A stretch of 55,299 nt of DNA, from positions 1 through 55,299 of the forward strand of contig CAKZYL010000458.1 in the NCBI GenBank assembly GCA_937884705.1. The letters are read 5' to 3'. Below are positions 17,926 to 25,981 of this stretch, in pieces; within the stretch, counting starts at the first letter, position 1; each line of letters opens with the position of its first letter. The stretch is from an uncultured Roseovarius sp. (GTDB taxonomy: Bacteria > Pseudomonadota > Alphaproteobacteria > Rhodobacterales > Rhodobacteraceae). The notes under the pieces are model-generated. The model did not search any database, was not told the origin of the DNA, and was given only the letters and a program-made list of their open reading frames with translations. A program made the translations under genes and the position numbers.

Positions 17926-18138
17926 GATGCTCACGGCCAGCTCAATCAAAAGAATTGGGAAAAGGGCCGATTGAGGCGGCTTCTGGTGGACTGTAGCATC
18001 AGTCAATCAGACCTTGCTCGACGGGTCGATGTCCACCCAAACACTGTATCAAACTGGATGACGGGATCAGTAAGAACACCAGGTGCAGTATTCGCCTATC
18101 TTGAGCTCTTAGCCAAAGTCAAGCTTCTGGACGAATGA
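17926..18138 (+). CDS. Small XRE-type HTH protein (start uncertain)
   Basis: ISQSDLARRVDVHPNTVSNWMTG...P; stop overlaps terL start. Confidence 0.6.
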   Translation, partial: DAHGQLNQKNWEKGRLRRLLVDCSISQSDLARRVDVHPNTVSNWMTGSVRTPGAVFAYLELLAKVKLLDE

Positions 18139-19715
18139 GCAGCCTTCTCGACGACATCATCTCCCGCCTTAACGATATGCCGGCCTCAGAACGCGAGGAA
18201 GTAACCAAGCTCGCGTTAGAGGCAACGGCAGATAAAAACTGGATTCCCAATCCTGGACCTCAAACAACAGCCTATTTCTGCGAAGCAGATCAAACGCTCT
18301 ATGGTGGTGAAGCGGGCGGCGGGAAGAGCGACCTTCTCATTGGGCTTGCAACGCAGGAACACAGTCGCTCGCTTCTCCTGCGTAGGATCAAAGCCGACAT
18401 CAGTTGGCTCGTTGACCGTTGCGCAGAGGTTCTTGGAAGTCGCCAAGGATACAATGGCCAGGCCAATCGCTGGAAGATCCCAGGCCCAGATGGGCGAATC
18501 ATCGATTTTGATGGACTGCAACACCCGGGCGATGAACAGCGTGGCAAAGGCAGACCGAAAGACTTCATTGGTTTCGACGAGGCCAGTGACTTTCTGGAAA
18601 GCCAGGTCGAGTTTGTCCTCGGTTGGCTCCGGACCACAAAGGAAGGTCAGCGTTGCCGCTCCGTATTTGCAACCAACCCGCCAACGACTGTTGAAGGTGA
18701 GTGGATTGTTCGCTGGTTCGCGCCTTGGGTTGATAATACGCATCCGCTTTTTCCGTACCCAATGGGCAAGCTGCTTTGGACAGCGCGTGGAGCAGAAGAC
18801 GAATGGCTTTGGTTCGAAGATCCAGACGAGTGTGAAGACGATGATATGCGAGAAAATCTCATCTCGCGCACGTTCATCCGTTCCGGTCTGGGAGATAATC
18901 CAGACCTCTCAAAGTCAACCTACTCTCGCCAGCTCGCGCTGCTCCCCGAAGAACTGCGCAGAAGGTATCGCGATGGCGATTTCTCAGCGGAAGCTGCGGA
19001 TGATGAGTTCCAAGTTATCCCGACTGAATGGATCAGGGCTGCTCAAGATCGCTGGATCGAGGAAGACGGCGAGTTCATGGAGGTCATCGGTGTTGACGTT
19101 GCACAAGGCGGCAAAGACAAGACAGTGCTCGCGCTCAGGTACAAAGGGCGGACTGTTAAGCATTGGGTTGATCGCCTCAAGAAGTGGGCAGGGGCAGACA
19201 CCCCTGATGGACCGAGCGTTGCTGGTCGAGTTGTTACTCACGTCAAAGACGCCGCACAAATCAACGTCGATATGGGCGGTGGTTGGGGCGGATCAACATA
19301 CGATCACCTGAAGTCTGCTGAAATGTCAGTGACAGGTTTCGTGCCATCCGAGGGAACAGAGTCGCGTACGGTCGATGGAATGCTTGGGTTCGTCAATAAG
19401 CGCGCTGAAGCGGTTTGGCGTGTCCGAGAAATGCTCGACCCGACCTCGACAGAGACAGTTGCCTTGCCGCCGGATCCAATGTTGCGAGCGGATCTCGCAT
19501 CGTACAGGTGGAAGCTTGGGGCGGGCGGCAAAATCATTCTTCGCGACAAGGAAGAGATCAAGAAGCTGCTTGGTCGTTCTCCGGACGATGGAGATGCGGT
19601 GGTCCTCTCTCTCGCAACGGGCAGTAAGCGTCAGCATCCGCGGCGCTCTGAGAAATTTGTCCAGACAACCAACTACGCCACCCAAAGCCGTATTCGCAGG
19701 GTCAAAAGACGCTAA
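18135..19715 (+). CDS. terL: Terminase large subunit
   Basis: YGGEAGGGKS Walker A, IGFDEA Walker B, ATNP, IGVDVAQGGKD nuclease motif, GRSPDDGDA. Confidence 0.95.
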   Translation: MSSLLDDIISRLNDMPASEREEVTKLALEATADKNWIPNPGPQTTAYFCEADQTLYGGEAGGGKSDLLIGLATQEHSRSLLLRRIKADISWLVDRCAEVLGSRQGYNGQANRWKIPGPDGRIIDFDGLQHPGDEQRGKGRPKDFIGFDEASDFLESQVEFVLGWLRTTKEGQRCRSVFATNPPTTVEGEWIVRWFAPWVDNTHPLFPYPMGKLLWTARGAEDEWLWFEDPDECEDDDMRENLISRTFIRSGLGDNPDLSKSTYSRQLALLPEELRRRYRDGDFSAEAADDEFQVIPTEWIRAAQDRWIEEDGEFMEVIGVDVAQGGKDKTVLALRYKGRTVKHWVDRLKKWAGADTPDGPSVAGRVVTHVKDAAQINVDMGGGWGGSTYDHLKSAEMSVTGFVPSEGTESRTVDGMLGFVNKRAEAVWRVREMLDPTSTETVALPPDPMLRADLASYRWKLGAGGKIILRDKEEIKKLLGRSPDDGDAVVLSLATGSKRQHPRRSEKFVQTTNYATQSRIRRVKRR

Positions 19716-19930
19716 TGGCAGACAAACTGATACCTAAGCCGAAGGCTCCGCAACTCGGTCCTTCACAGCTGGCGCCAGAGCCAACAAAGATCACTGTGCC
19801 ATCGCCAAATGATCCTGAAGTCGTCGCTGCCAGTCGAGAAAAGGCCCGCGATGATCAAAAGCGCAGGCAAGGCAGATCATCAACAGATCTCGCCGGTGGT
19901 CCCGTCTACTCAAGAACCAAGCTGGGTTAA
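19715..19930 (+). CDS. Small hypothetical protein before the portal
   Basis: TAATG coupling at both ends. Confidence 0.7.
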   Translation: MADKLIPKPKAPQLGPSQLAPEPTKITVPSPNDPEVVAASREKARDDQKRRQGRSSTDLAGGPVYSRTKLG

Positions 19931-21645
19931 TGGACGATAACGCAAAAGAGCTTCTGAAACGCGGTGATGCCCGTTTTGCTGCGCGCGCGGATCTGGATAA
20001 TTTCCGGCAGGAGATCGCTCTGAACTTCGCGCCGTGGGATGCGTCGTGGACGGAAGAGCTGCAATGGGGCGAGGACTTCGCCAGTCATCTTGTCGACGGC
20101 ACACCGCTGCTTTTGGCTCGTGACTACGTCAACATGATACCGAGCTTCCTCCGTCCACCAGGTAAGCAGTGGTTTTGGAGGCGGACATCATCAGAGGATC
20201 TGAACAATGATCCGCAGGCGCGTGAGTATCTTGACTGGCGCTCACGCCAAACCATGCGGATTATCTTCGATCGTGAGACTGGCGCACAGAAGGCGTTCAA
20301 GGTCTCAGATCGCTTCTATGGCCTCTATGGTGATGCTGTTCTGAGTGTTGATACTTGCGATAAGCAGGAATCGCTCCGCTTCGAAGCCGAACACACCAAA
20401 AACTGTGTCTGGGCTATCGGCAAAGATAACCGAGCCAATGTCATGACCCGCAAGATGATGATGTCTGCACGGCAGATCATCGAGCGCTGGAAAGATAAAC
20501 CGGGCTGCAAGATCCATCACAAAGTCGAAGAAGCCTACGACAAGAACCCAGATCAGACCTTTGAAGTCCGCCACGAAGTGCTTCCAGCGATGGAATACGA
20601 CGCCTATCGCAAGGTGGGCATGCGCCGGCAACAAGGTCAGTTCGCATCAGTCTGGATTGATGCCACCAACAAGCATGTAATCAAGGACGGCGTCACAACT
20701 CAAACCTTCCGCTATGTTGTCCCGATCTCAGTGCAGATGCCGCATGTTCCCTATGGGATCTCGATGGCAACGACGATTGCGCTTCCTGATGCTCGCCTGA
20801 TCCAGCAGCAGGCGCTTGCTATTCTGGAGGCTGCAGAACGTCAGGTCGATCCGCCGTTGATAGCGCCTTATGACACGATGCGCGGTGATGTCAGTCTACA
20901 GCGAGGCCATATCAACTGGTATGAACCAAGTTACGACACGCGATCAGGTCAGCCGGTCGAAGCACTAGAGCTCGGCAAGAACTTCCAGCTTGGCGTTGAC
21001 AGTCTGCTGCGCACGGAAGGTCAGATCACCCGCGCGTTTCACCTCGATATGCTGCGGATGCCAGATACCCGCAACAGCAAGTCAGTCGAGGAAATCCAGT
21101 TTAAGATTGACGAGTACGTGCGCTCTGCACTGCCGCTGTTCGCCCCGATGCAGGCTGAATACAACGAATCCATGCTGTTTGAGGTTGATGCTGTTTGCCG
21201 ATCAGTCGGCATGTTCCCGGACTCTGAGATCCCTGATGTTCTCCGACGGTCAGGCGAAGACGTCCAATACGCATGGGACAATCCACTGTCGGACATGATG
21301 GAGCGTCAGAAAGCGCAGGAAGTGGCAGAGATCGGTCAACTTGCCAATGCTGTTGCAGCGCTTGAGGAAGCAGCCAAAGCAGCGCCGGCGATCAAGACGC
21401 TCGATACCAAAGGTATGTTCAAAGAGGCAGCTGTTGGTCTTGGCGGTGCGCGTCACCTTCTCAGTGAGGACGAAGCCGAAGAAGCCCAAGCAGCCATTGA
21501 GCAAGGCAACCAAACACAACAGATGATCGAAGCTGCGCCGAATATGGCCAGCCTAATAGACAGCGGTGTGAACGCAGCTCAAGTGGCTGGAGAAATCCAG
21601 AACACACAAGAACCAGGTGTCCCACTGCTGCCGGCGCCTGCATGA
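19930..21645 (+). CDS. Portal (head-tail connector)
   Basis: 571 aa after terL; YG...ALPDARLIQ...AERQVDPP and ITRAFHLD motifs of podovirus connectors. Confidence 0.88.
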   Translation: MDDNAKELLKRGDARFAARADLDNFRQEIALNFAPWDASWTEELQWGEDFASHLVDGTPLLLARDYVNMIPSFLRPPGKQWFWRRTSSEDLNNDPQAREYLDWRSRQTMRIIFDRETGAQKAFKVSDRFYGLYGDAVLSVDTCDKQESLRFEAEHTKNCVWAIGKDNRANVMTRKMMMSARQIIERWKDKPGCKIHHKVEEAYDKNPDQTFEVRHEVLPAMEYDAYRKVGMRRQQGQFASVWIDATNKHVIKDGVTTQTFRYVVPISVQMPHVPYGISMATTIALPDARLIQQQALAILEAAERQVDPPLIAPYDTMRGDVSLQRGHINWYEPSYDTRSGQPVEALELGKNFQLGVDSLLRTEGQITRAFHLDMLRMPDTRNSKSVEEIQFKIDEYVRSALPLFAPMQAEYNESMLFEVDAVCRSVGMFPDSEIPDVLRRSGEDVQYAWDNPLSDMMERQKAQEVAEIGQLANAVAALEEAAKAAPAIKTLDTKGMFKEAAVGLGGARHLLSEDEAEEAQAAIEQGNQTQQMIEAAPNMASLIDSGVNAAQVAGEIQNTQEPGVPLLPAPA

Positions 21646-21977
21646 TCGAAGATCACAAATGGCCCAAGGAAGAAGCCGCACTCATGAAGGCGCTGTGGCA
21701 GGGAACGAGTGATGCCCATGCCCAACAGCGCGCTCTCAAATACATCGTGGAGATGCTGGGCGGGATCAATCAGGTGCCTTTGGAGCCTGGCAATCCCGAC
21801 ATCACCGCCTTCAACTCCGGCCGCATGTGGGTGGCCAGACAGCTGCAGATTGCAATCTCAACGCCAATTGATCAGCTCGTAACAAACGAGGATAAGAATG
21901 AGCGAACCCAACGTGGAACCCGTACAGCCACCGAACGCGCCGCCTCCAAGTCCGCCGCCCGCAGATCCGCCCGCTGA
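21642..21977 (+). CDS. Small conserved protein after the portal
   Basis: TAFNSGRMWV motif seen at this position in temperate podoviruses. Confidence 0.6.
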   Translation: MIEDHKWPKEEAALMKALWQGTSDAHAQQRALKYIVEMLGGINQVPLEPGNPDITAFNSGRMWVARQLQIAISTPIDQLVTNEDKNERTQRGTRTATERAASKSAARRSAR

Positions 21978-22851
21978 CCCTCCGAAGCTTGGCGGTTCTG
22001 ATCCGGGCGATCCGCCACCAAGTGATCCTCCTGCTGATCCACCAGCGGAACCAAAAGCTGTTTCGTTCGATGATGACTGGCGTGCGCACCTTGCCGGCGA
22101 TGACACGGAAGCTCTGGAGCGCCTGTCACGCATCAAGTCGCCGCAAGATCTCGCCAAGGAAGTTGTTCGCCAGAACAAAGAGCTGTCGAAACGCCAAGTC
22201 AACGGCGCCTTTCCCGAGGAAGGCAGCGACGAAGACAAGGCTGAATGGCGCAAGGCCAACGGCGTCCCTGAAAAGGGTACGCTTACGGAGTACGGGATTA
22301 AAACCCCGGAAGGTTACGACATGTCCGAAGTTGAATCGGGCATGTTGGATGACTTCGTCAGCACATTGCATGGCATCAATGCGCCATCAGGTCAGGTGCA
22401 GACCGCGGTCGATTTCTGGTTCAAGGCCAACGCAGCAAACCAGCAAGCTAATAACCAGCTTGATGCCGACCGAAATCGCGAGTGGGACGGAGAGATTGCA
22501 TCCGACCTTGGCAAAGACAAAGACACAATGCTCGCCGCTGCCAATGCCTACATAGAAAACCGCATTGGTGACGAAACTCTACGGAATGAATTGCTGAATG
22601 CACGGCTGCCCGGCGGTGGCATCGTCGCGAAGCACCCAGAATTCGTGAAAATGTGGATCGATCTAGCCTTACAGAATGGCTATGCCGATCGCATTGAAGC
22701 GAACTCGCTCGAAGCAGGTGGCAAGTCCATCATCGAGCAAATCCACGAGATCGAGGCCTTACAGTTCAAGGACCGTCAACGCTACGACGCATCCAAGGAC
22801 AAGCTGCTCAAGCTCTACTCTGCTGCAGAATCCAAGGGCCTCAAGTACTAG
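21898..22851 (+). CDS. Capsid assembly / scaffolding protein
   Basis: Pro-rich N-terminus (DPPADPP), acidic; lies between portal and capsid. Confidence 0.7.
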   Translation: MSEPNVEPVQPPNAPPPSPPPADPPADPPKLGGSDPGDPPPSDPPADPPAEPKAVSFDDDWRAHLAGDDTEALERLSRIKSPQDLAKEVVRQNKELSKRQVNGAFPEEGSDEDKAEWRKANGVPEKGTLTEYGIKTPEGYDMSEVESGMLDDFVSTLHGINAPSGQVQTAVDFWFKANAANQQANNQLDADRNREWDGEIASDLGKDKDTMLAAANAYIENRIGDETLRNELLNARLPGGGIVAKHPEFVKMWIDLALQNGYADRIEANSLEAGGKSIIEQIHEIEALQFKDRQRYDASKDKLLKLYSAAESKGLKY

Positions 22852-23015
22852 CGGTCACCTCATTCGAGCCCCGCATCCTCTTGCGTACAACGCTGCATCC
22901 ATCGCCCTGCACGAGTGATGAGTGGTCCCGCCATGCGGTCACCCTCTCTGATCTCCTACGCAGTCACCGACGGCTGAGCACCATCGTTCCATCCTCATAG
23001 AAAAGGAAAAGAGCA

Positions 23016-23864
23016 ATGGCTCATCCTGAATCAGTCCATTATAGGCGCGAATTCATTCGCTCCTTCAATCAATCTGTGTCGCTGCTAGCTGACCGCTGCA
23101 CAGACGAATCTATGTCCATGGGCCGTTCTGCGGTCTTTGATGTTGCCGACCTTGGCGGTGACTTGGCGCAACGCTCGATTGATGGCCGCTTGCCGCGCCT
23201 GACCTCGAACGATAGCCAAGTGACTTGCACACTCGAAGAGTACGGCGGCACCATGGAGATCACGAACTTTGAGAAGTTCACCTCTCAGTCTGTTGAGCGC
23301 GAGAAAATGTACGCCAAGATGATGGCGCGCGTTAATCGCCGGATGGACAAAATTCTGATCTCAGAACTCGACAACGCTGCGACACAGTACGACGGCGGCA
23401 CGGCGACGACTCTGACAGTCGATAACTTGACTGACATTGTTTCGGATCTTGCTGAAAACGAAGTTGATATCAGTCCGAACGACGTGACGATGCTGTGCAC
23501 GCCGAAAGCTGCTCGTCAGCTGAAGAAGTCAGCGCAGTATTCAAGCGTCGATTACGTCAACGTCAAGCCTTACGCCGAAGGCGATCAGCTGACGTACTCC
23601 AACGAGCGTAAGATCCGTGTCTTTGCTGACGTTGGGATTATCACGTCGCCGCTGTTGTCCGGCATGGGCACTGCGACGGCGAAATGCTTCATCTTCCATC
23701 GCAATGCGGTCGGATGCGCAAAGCCAACAGAGCAGATCAAAGTGACAGCTGGTGACGACGATCAGCATCACTACGACTACTGCTCAGCTTCAGTGAAGGC
23801 TGCCTGCAAGATTTTGCAGAACGGTGGCGTTCTTGAAGTCATTCACAACGACACTGCGGCCTAA
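23016..23864 (+). CDS. Major capsid protein
   Basis: Position, strong RBS, RRMDKILI and SSVDYV motifs of podoviral capsid proteins. Confidence 0.82.
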   Translation: MAHPESVHYRREFIRSFNQSVSLLADRCTDESMSMGRSAVFDVADLGGDLAQRSIDGRLPRLTSNDSQVTCTLEEYGGTMEITNFEKFTSQSVEREKMYAKMMARVNRRMDKILISELDNAATQYDGGTATTLTVDNLTDIVSDLAENEVDISPNDVTMLCTPKAARQLKKSAQYSSVDYVNVKPYAEGDQLTYSNERKIRVFADVGIITSPLLSGMGTATAKCFIFHRNAVGCAKPTEQIKVTAGDDDQHHYDYCSASVKAACKILQNGGVLEVIHNDTAA

Positions 23865-23879
23865 TAGGAGTTTGCAAAC

Positions 23880-24182
23880 ATGGCTTATTCAACAAATGGC
23901 CTTCGTATGTGGTCCAGTGGTATCGTCAATACCTGGATCTTGGATACGGTTGACGCTGTGACGGCGGCAGTTGCTGCTGATTACATCACCGATGCTGGTC
24001 CAACTGCCACGGAACCAGGTAAGGGCATGCAGGTTGGTGACGCGGTGTTTATCCGTGTTGTTGGCGCTTTGCCGGCATCTCAGGAAGCACCGGCCACCTG
24101 TACTGATACGGCGTGGGCGCATGTCTCAGCGATTGACGCCGCAGACGGCGCCGGATCTCTCACACTCAGTCACGCCAACTAG
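23880..24182 (+). CDS. Capsid decoration/cement-like protein
   Basis: Small Ala/Thr-rich protein after the capsid gene and before a terminator; GMQVGD motif. Confidence 0.55.
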   Translation: MAYSTNGLRMWSSGIVNTWILDTVDAVTAAVAADYITDAGPTATEPGKGMQVGDAVFIRVVGALPASQEAPATCTDTAWAHVSAIDAADGAGSLTLSHAN

Positions 24183-24191
24183 TGACGCAAT

Positions 24192-24223
24192 AGACGGCCT
24201 ACTTCGGTGGGCCGTCTTCCTTT
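24192..24223 (+). terminator. Hairpin terminator after the head genes
   Basis: AGACGGCCTAC-TTCG-GTGGGCCGTCT followed by TCCTTT. Confidence 0.75.
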
Positions 24224-24232
24224 GGAGGGCAA

Positions 24233-24673
24233 ATGCCAGAAAAACAAATTGAATGCCAACCGGCTGCACTGAACTCCGCGAATGAACGACGTATGTGCTA
24301 CATGCACATGGTTGAGCAAGGCACATCCCTGGAAGATGTGACCAAACCCGGCTACTGGAAGCACGTACATCGTGAACTGGGCCGCGCGCCTCATGCCTTG
24401 ATCGAGTGCATTGCCAAGGATCAATCTTGGGAAGCAACGCTGCGTGTGTTCGCGACTGGCGATGGCTTTGCAAAGGTTCGTGTCCTCAATCACTGGAAGG
24501 CAGAAGCCAAATCAGGACGTAAGCCAAGCTTGCCTGAAGGATGGGAAGCCGGATGGATTGAGAGCGGATGGCGGGTGCGCAATGCCGACGGCGAGATCGT
24601 TGTCGACAAGCAAGCCACGGAACACGACGCAATCTCAGCAGCAAGCCAGCTGCACAAGAAGATGGCCGCCTAA
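24233..24673 (+). CDS. Hypothetical protein in the virion operon
   Basis: GGAGG RBS; in operon. Confidence 0.6.
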   Translation: MPEKQIECQPAALNSANERRMCYMHMVEQGTSLEDVTKPGYWKHVHRELGRAPHALIECIAKDQSWEATLRVFATGDGFAKVRVLNHWKAEAKSGRKPSLPEGWEAGWIESGWRVRNADGEIVVDKQATEHDAISAASQLHKKMAA

Positions 24674-24676
24674 TCC

Positions 24677-25981
24677 ATGGCAACGACGTCTAAGCTAACG
24701 GTCTATAATGAGGTGCTTCGCGAAATTGGCGTAAAATTGCCATTGGCGAACCTCACAACGGCCAACACGCGCCTGACGACTCTCAATGATGCTTTTGATC
24801 ATGCGGTGGAGTGGACCTTATCGCGTGCTAGCTGGACGTTCGCCAAACGCCGCGCCACGCTGACCGGAACGTCAAGCACGGCATTCTTGCCTTACACGTT
24901 TGTTTACACCAGACCATCGGACTGGCTTCGCACGATCTGGATCAAGACAAATGCCGATGATGAAGCGGAAATCGACTATGCAGAGATCGGGGCGTCGAAC
25001 TACGGGTTCTTAAGCTCAGCTTTGATGGAATACGTTTCGGATCATGCAGACAACTATGATCCAGTGAACTGGCCACCGCACTTCACGCGGGTTGTCACGC
25101 TGTACCTGGCCTATCAGGTCGCGCCAGGACTGGCACGGGCCGGCGATGATCAGCAAGGTAAGCTCTGGTCTCAGTATCAGGCAGCCCTATCCGAAGCGGA
25201 ACAGCATGAAGACCGCTTCCTTGTTAACGCGCAGATCAACGTCAATCGTCATCCGACGATGCGGCGGGCAATCCAGTTCATGGGCCAGGTTCTTGCCGGC
25301 TCGGTTCCCATCAACAACCAAACCGCCAAGCTTCGATGGGAAATGAACCGCTCTTGGGATCACGCGGTTCAGTACGTTCTTGAACAAGGCGCATGGAACT
25401 ACGCAACGCGTCGTGTGCGCCTGACAGGCGGTACAGAGCCAATCCCAGGCGATACGCAGGACGATATCATTGAGGGATATTCGGTAGGACCGGCAACGGA
25501 ACCGGCAGATTCCGACACGCTGCCGGAAATGAGCGAATACGATTACGGCTTTGTCCTACCAACTGACTTTCTGCATAAGATCTGGTGCAAGGCAGATGCC
25601 AATCACGAATACGAGTGCGATCACCAGTTCTTACGTGATGCCGTTTACGCCAATCACGAGAACATCATTCTCGAATATGTTTCCAATGACTCTGATGCTG
25701 TGAACCCGGACAACTGGCCGGCTAGTTTCATGGAAGCCGTTGCAGCTTACCTTGCGGTAACTGTAGTTCCGGAGCTCATGATCGAAGAAACCGGCAAGGG
25801 CCGGCAGAAGATCAATGCAAGCGGTGCCAAAGACAGCCTGGAGCGTTTATATCGAGACAAATTGAGCAATGCCAAGGTGCGCGATGCACTTCAGCAGCAG
25901 CCGAAGCGGACGCCGCTCGGCGCCTTTGCACAAGCACGATTTGGCAGCCGATCTTCACGACAGCATGGACGCTACCACTAA
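24677..25981 (+). CDS. Tail adaptor (tail tubular protein A-like) with tandemly duplicated domain
   Basis: Two copies of W-x-F/Y-A-x-RR-x2-L...P-x-D-x-L...EYVS...NWP-x2-F-x6-YLA. Confidence 0.78.
   Translation: MATTSKLTVYNEVLREIGVKLPLANLTTANTRLTTLNDAFDHAVEWTLSRASWTFAKRRATLTGTSSTAFLPYTFVYTRPSDWLRTIWIKTNADDEAEIDYAEIGASNYGFLSSALMEYVSDHADNYDPVNWPPHFTRVVTLYLAYQVAPGLARAGDDQQGKLWSQYQAALSEAEQHEDRFLVNAQINVNRHPTMRRAIQFMGQVLAGSVPINNQTAKLRWEMNRSWDHAVQYVLEQGAWNYATRRVRLTGGTEPIPGDTQDDIIEGYSVGPATEPADSDTLPEMSEYDYGFVLPTDFLHKIWCKADANHEYECDHQFLRDAVYANHENIILEYVSNDSDAVNPDNWPASFMEAVAAYLAVTVVPELMIEETGKGRQKINASGAKDSLERLYRDKLSNAKVRDALQQQPKRTPLGAFAQARFGSRSSRQHGRYH

Noticed and set aside
18301-19311. 336-aa alternative-frame ORF inside terL
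   Set aside because: No RBS or motif; Ser/Arg-rich composition typical of shadow frames.
21930-22050. GATCCGCC-type repeats
   Set aside because: Explained by the Pro-rich DPPADPP coding sequence of the scaffold protein.
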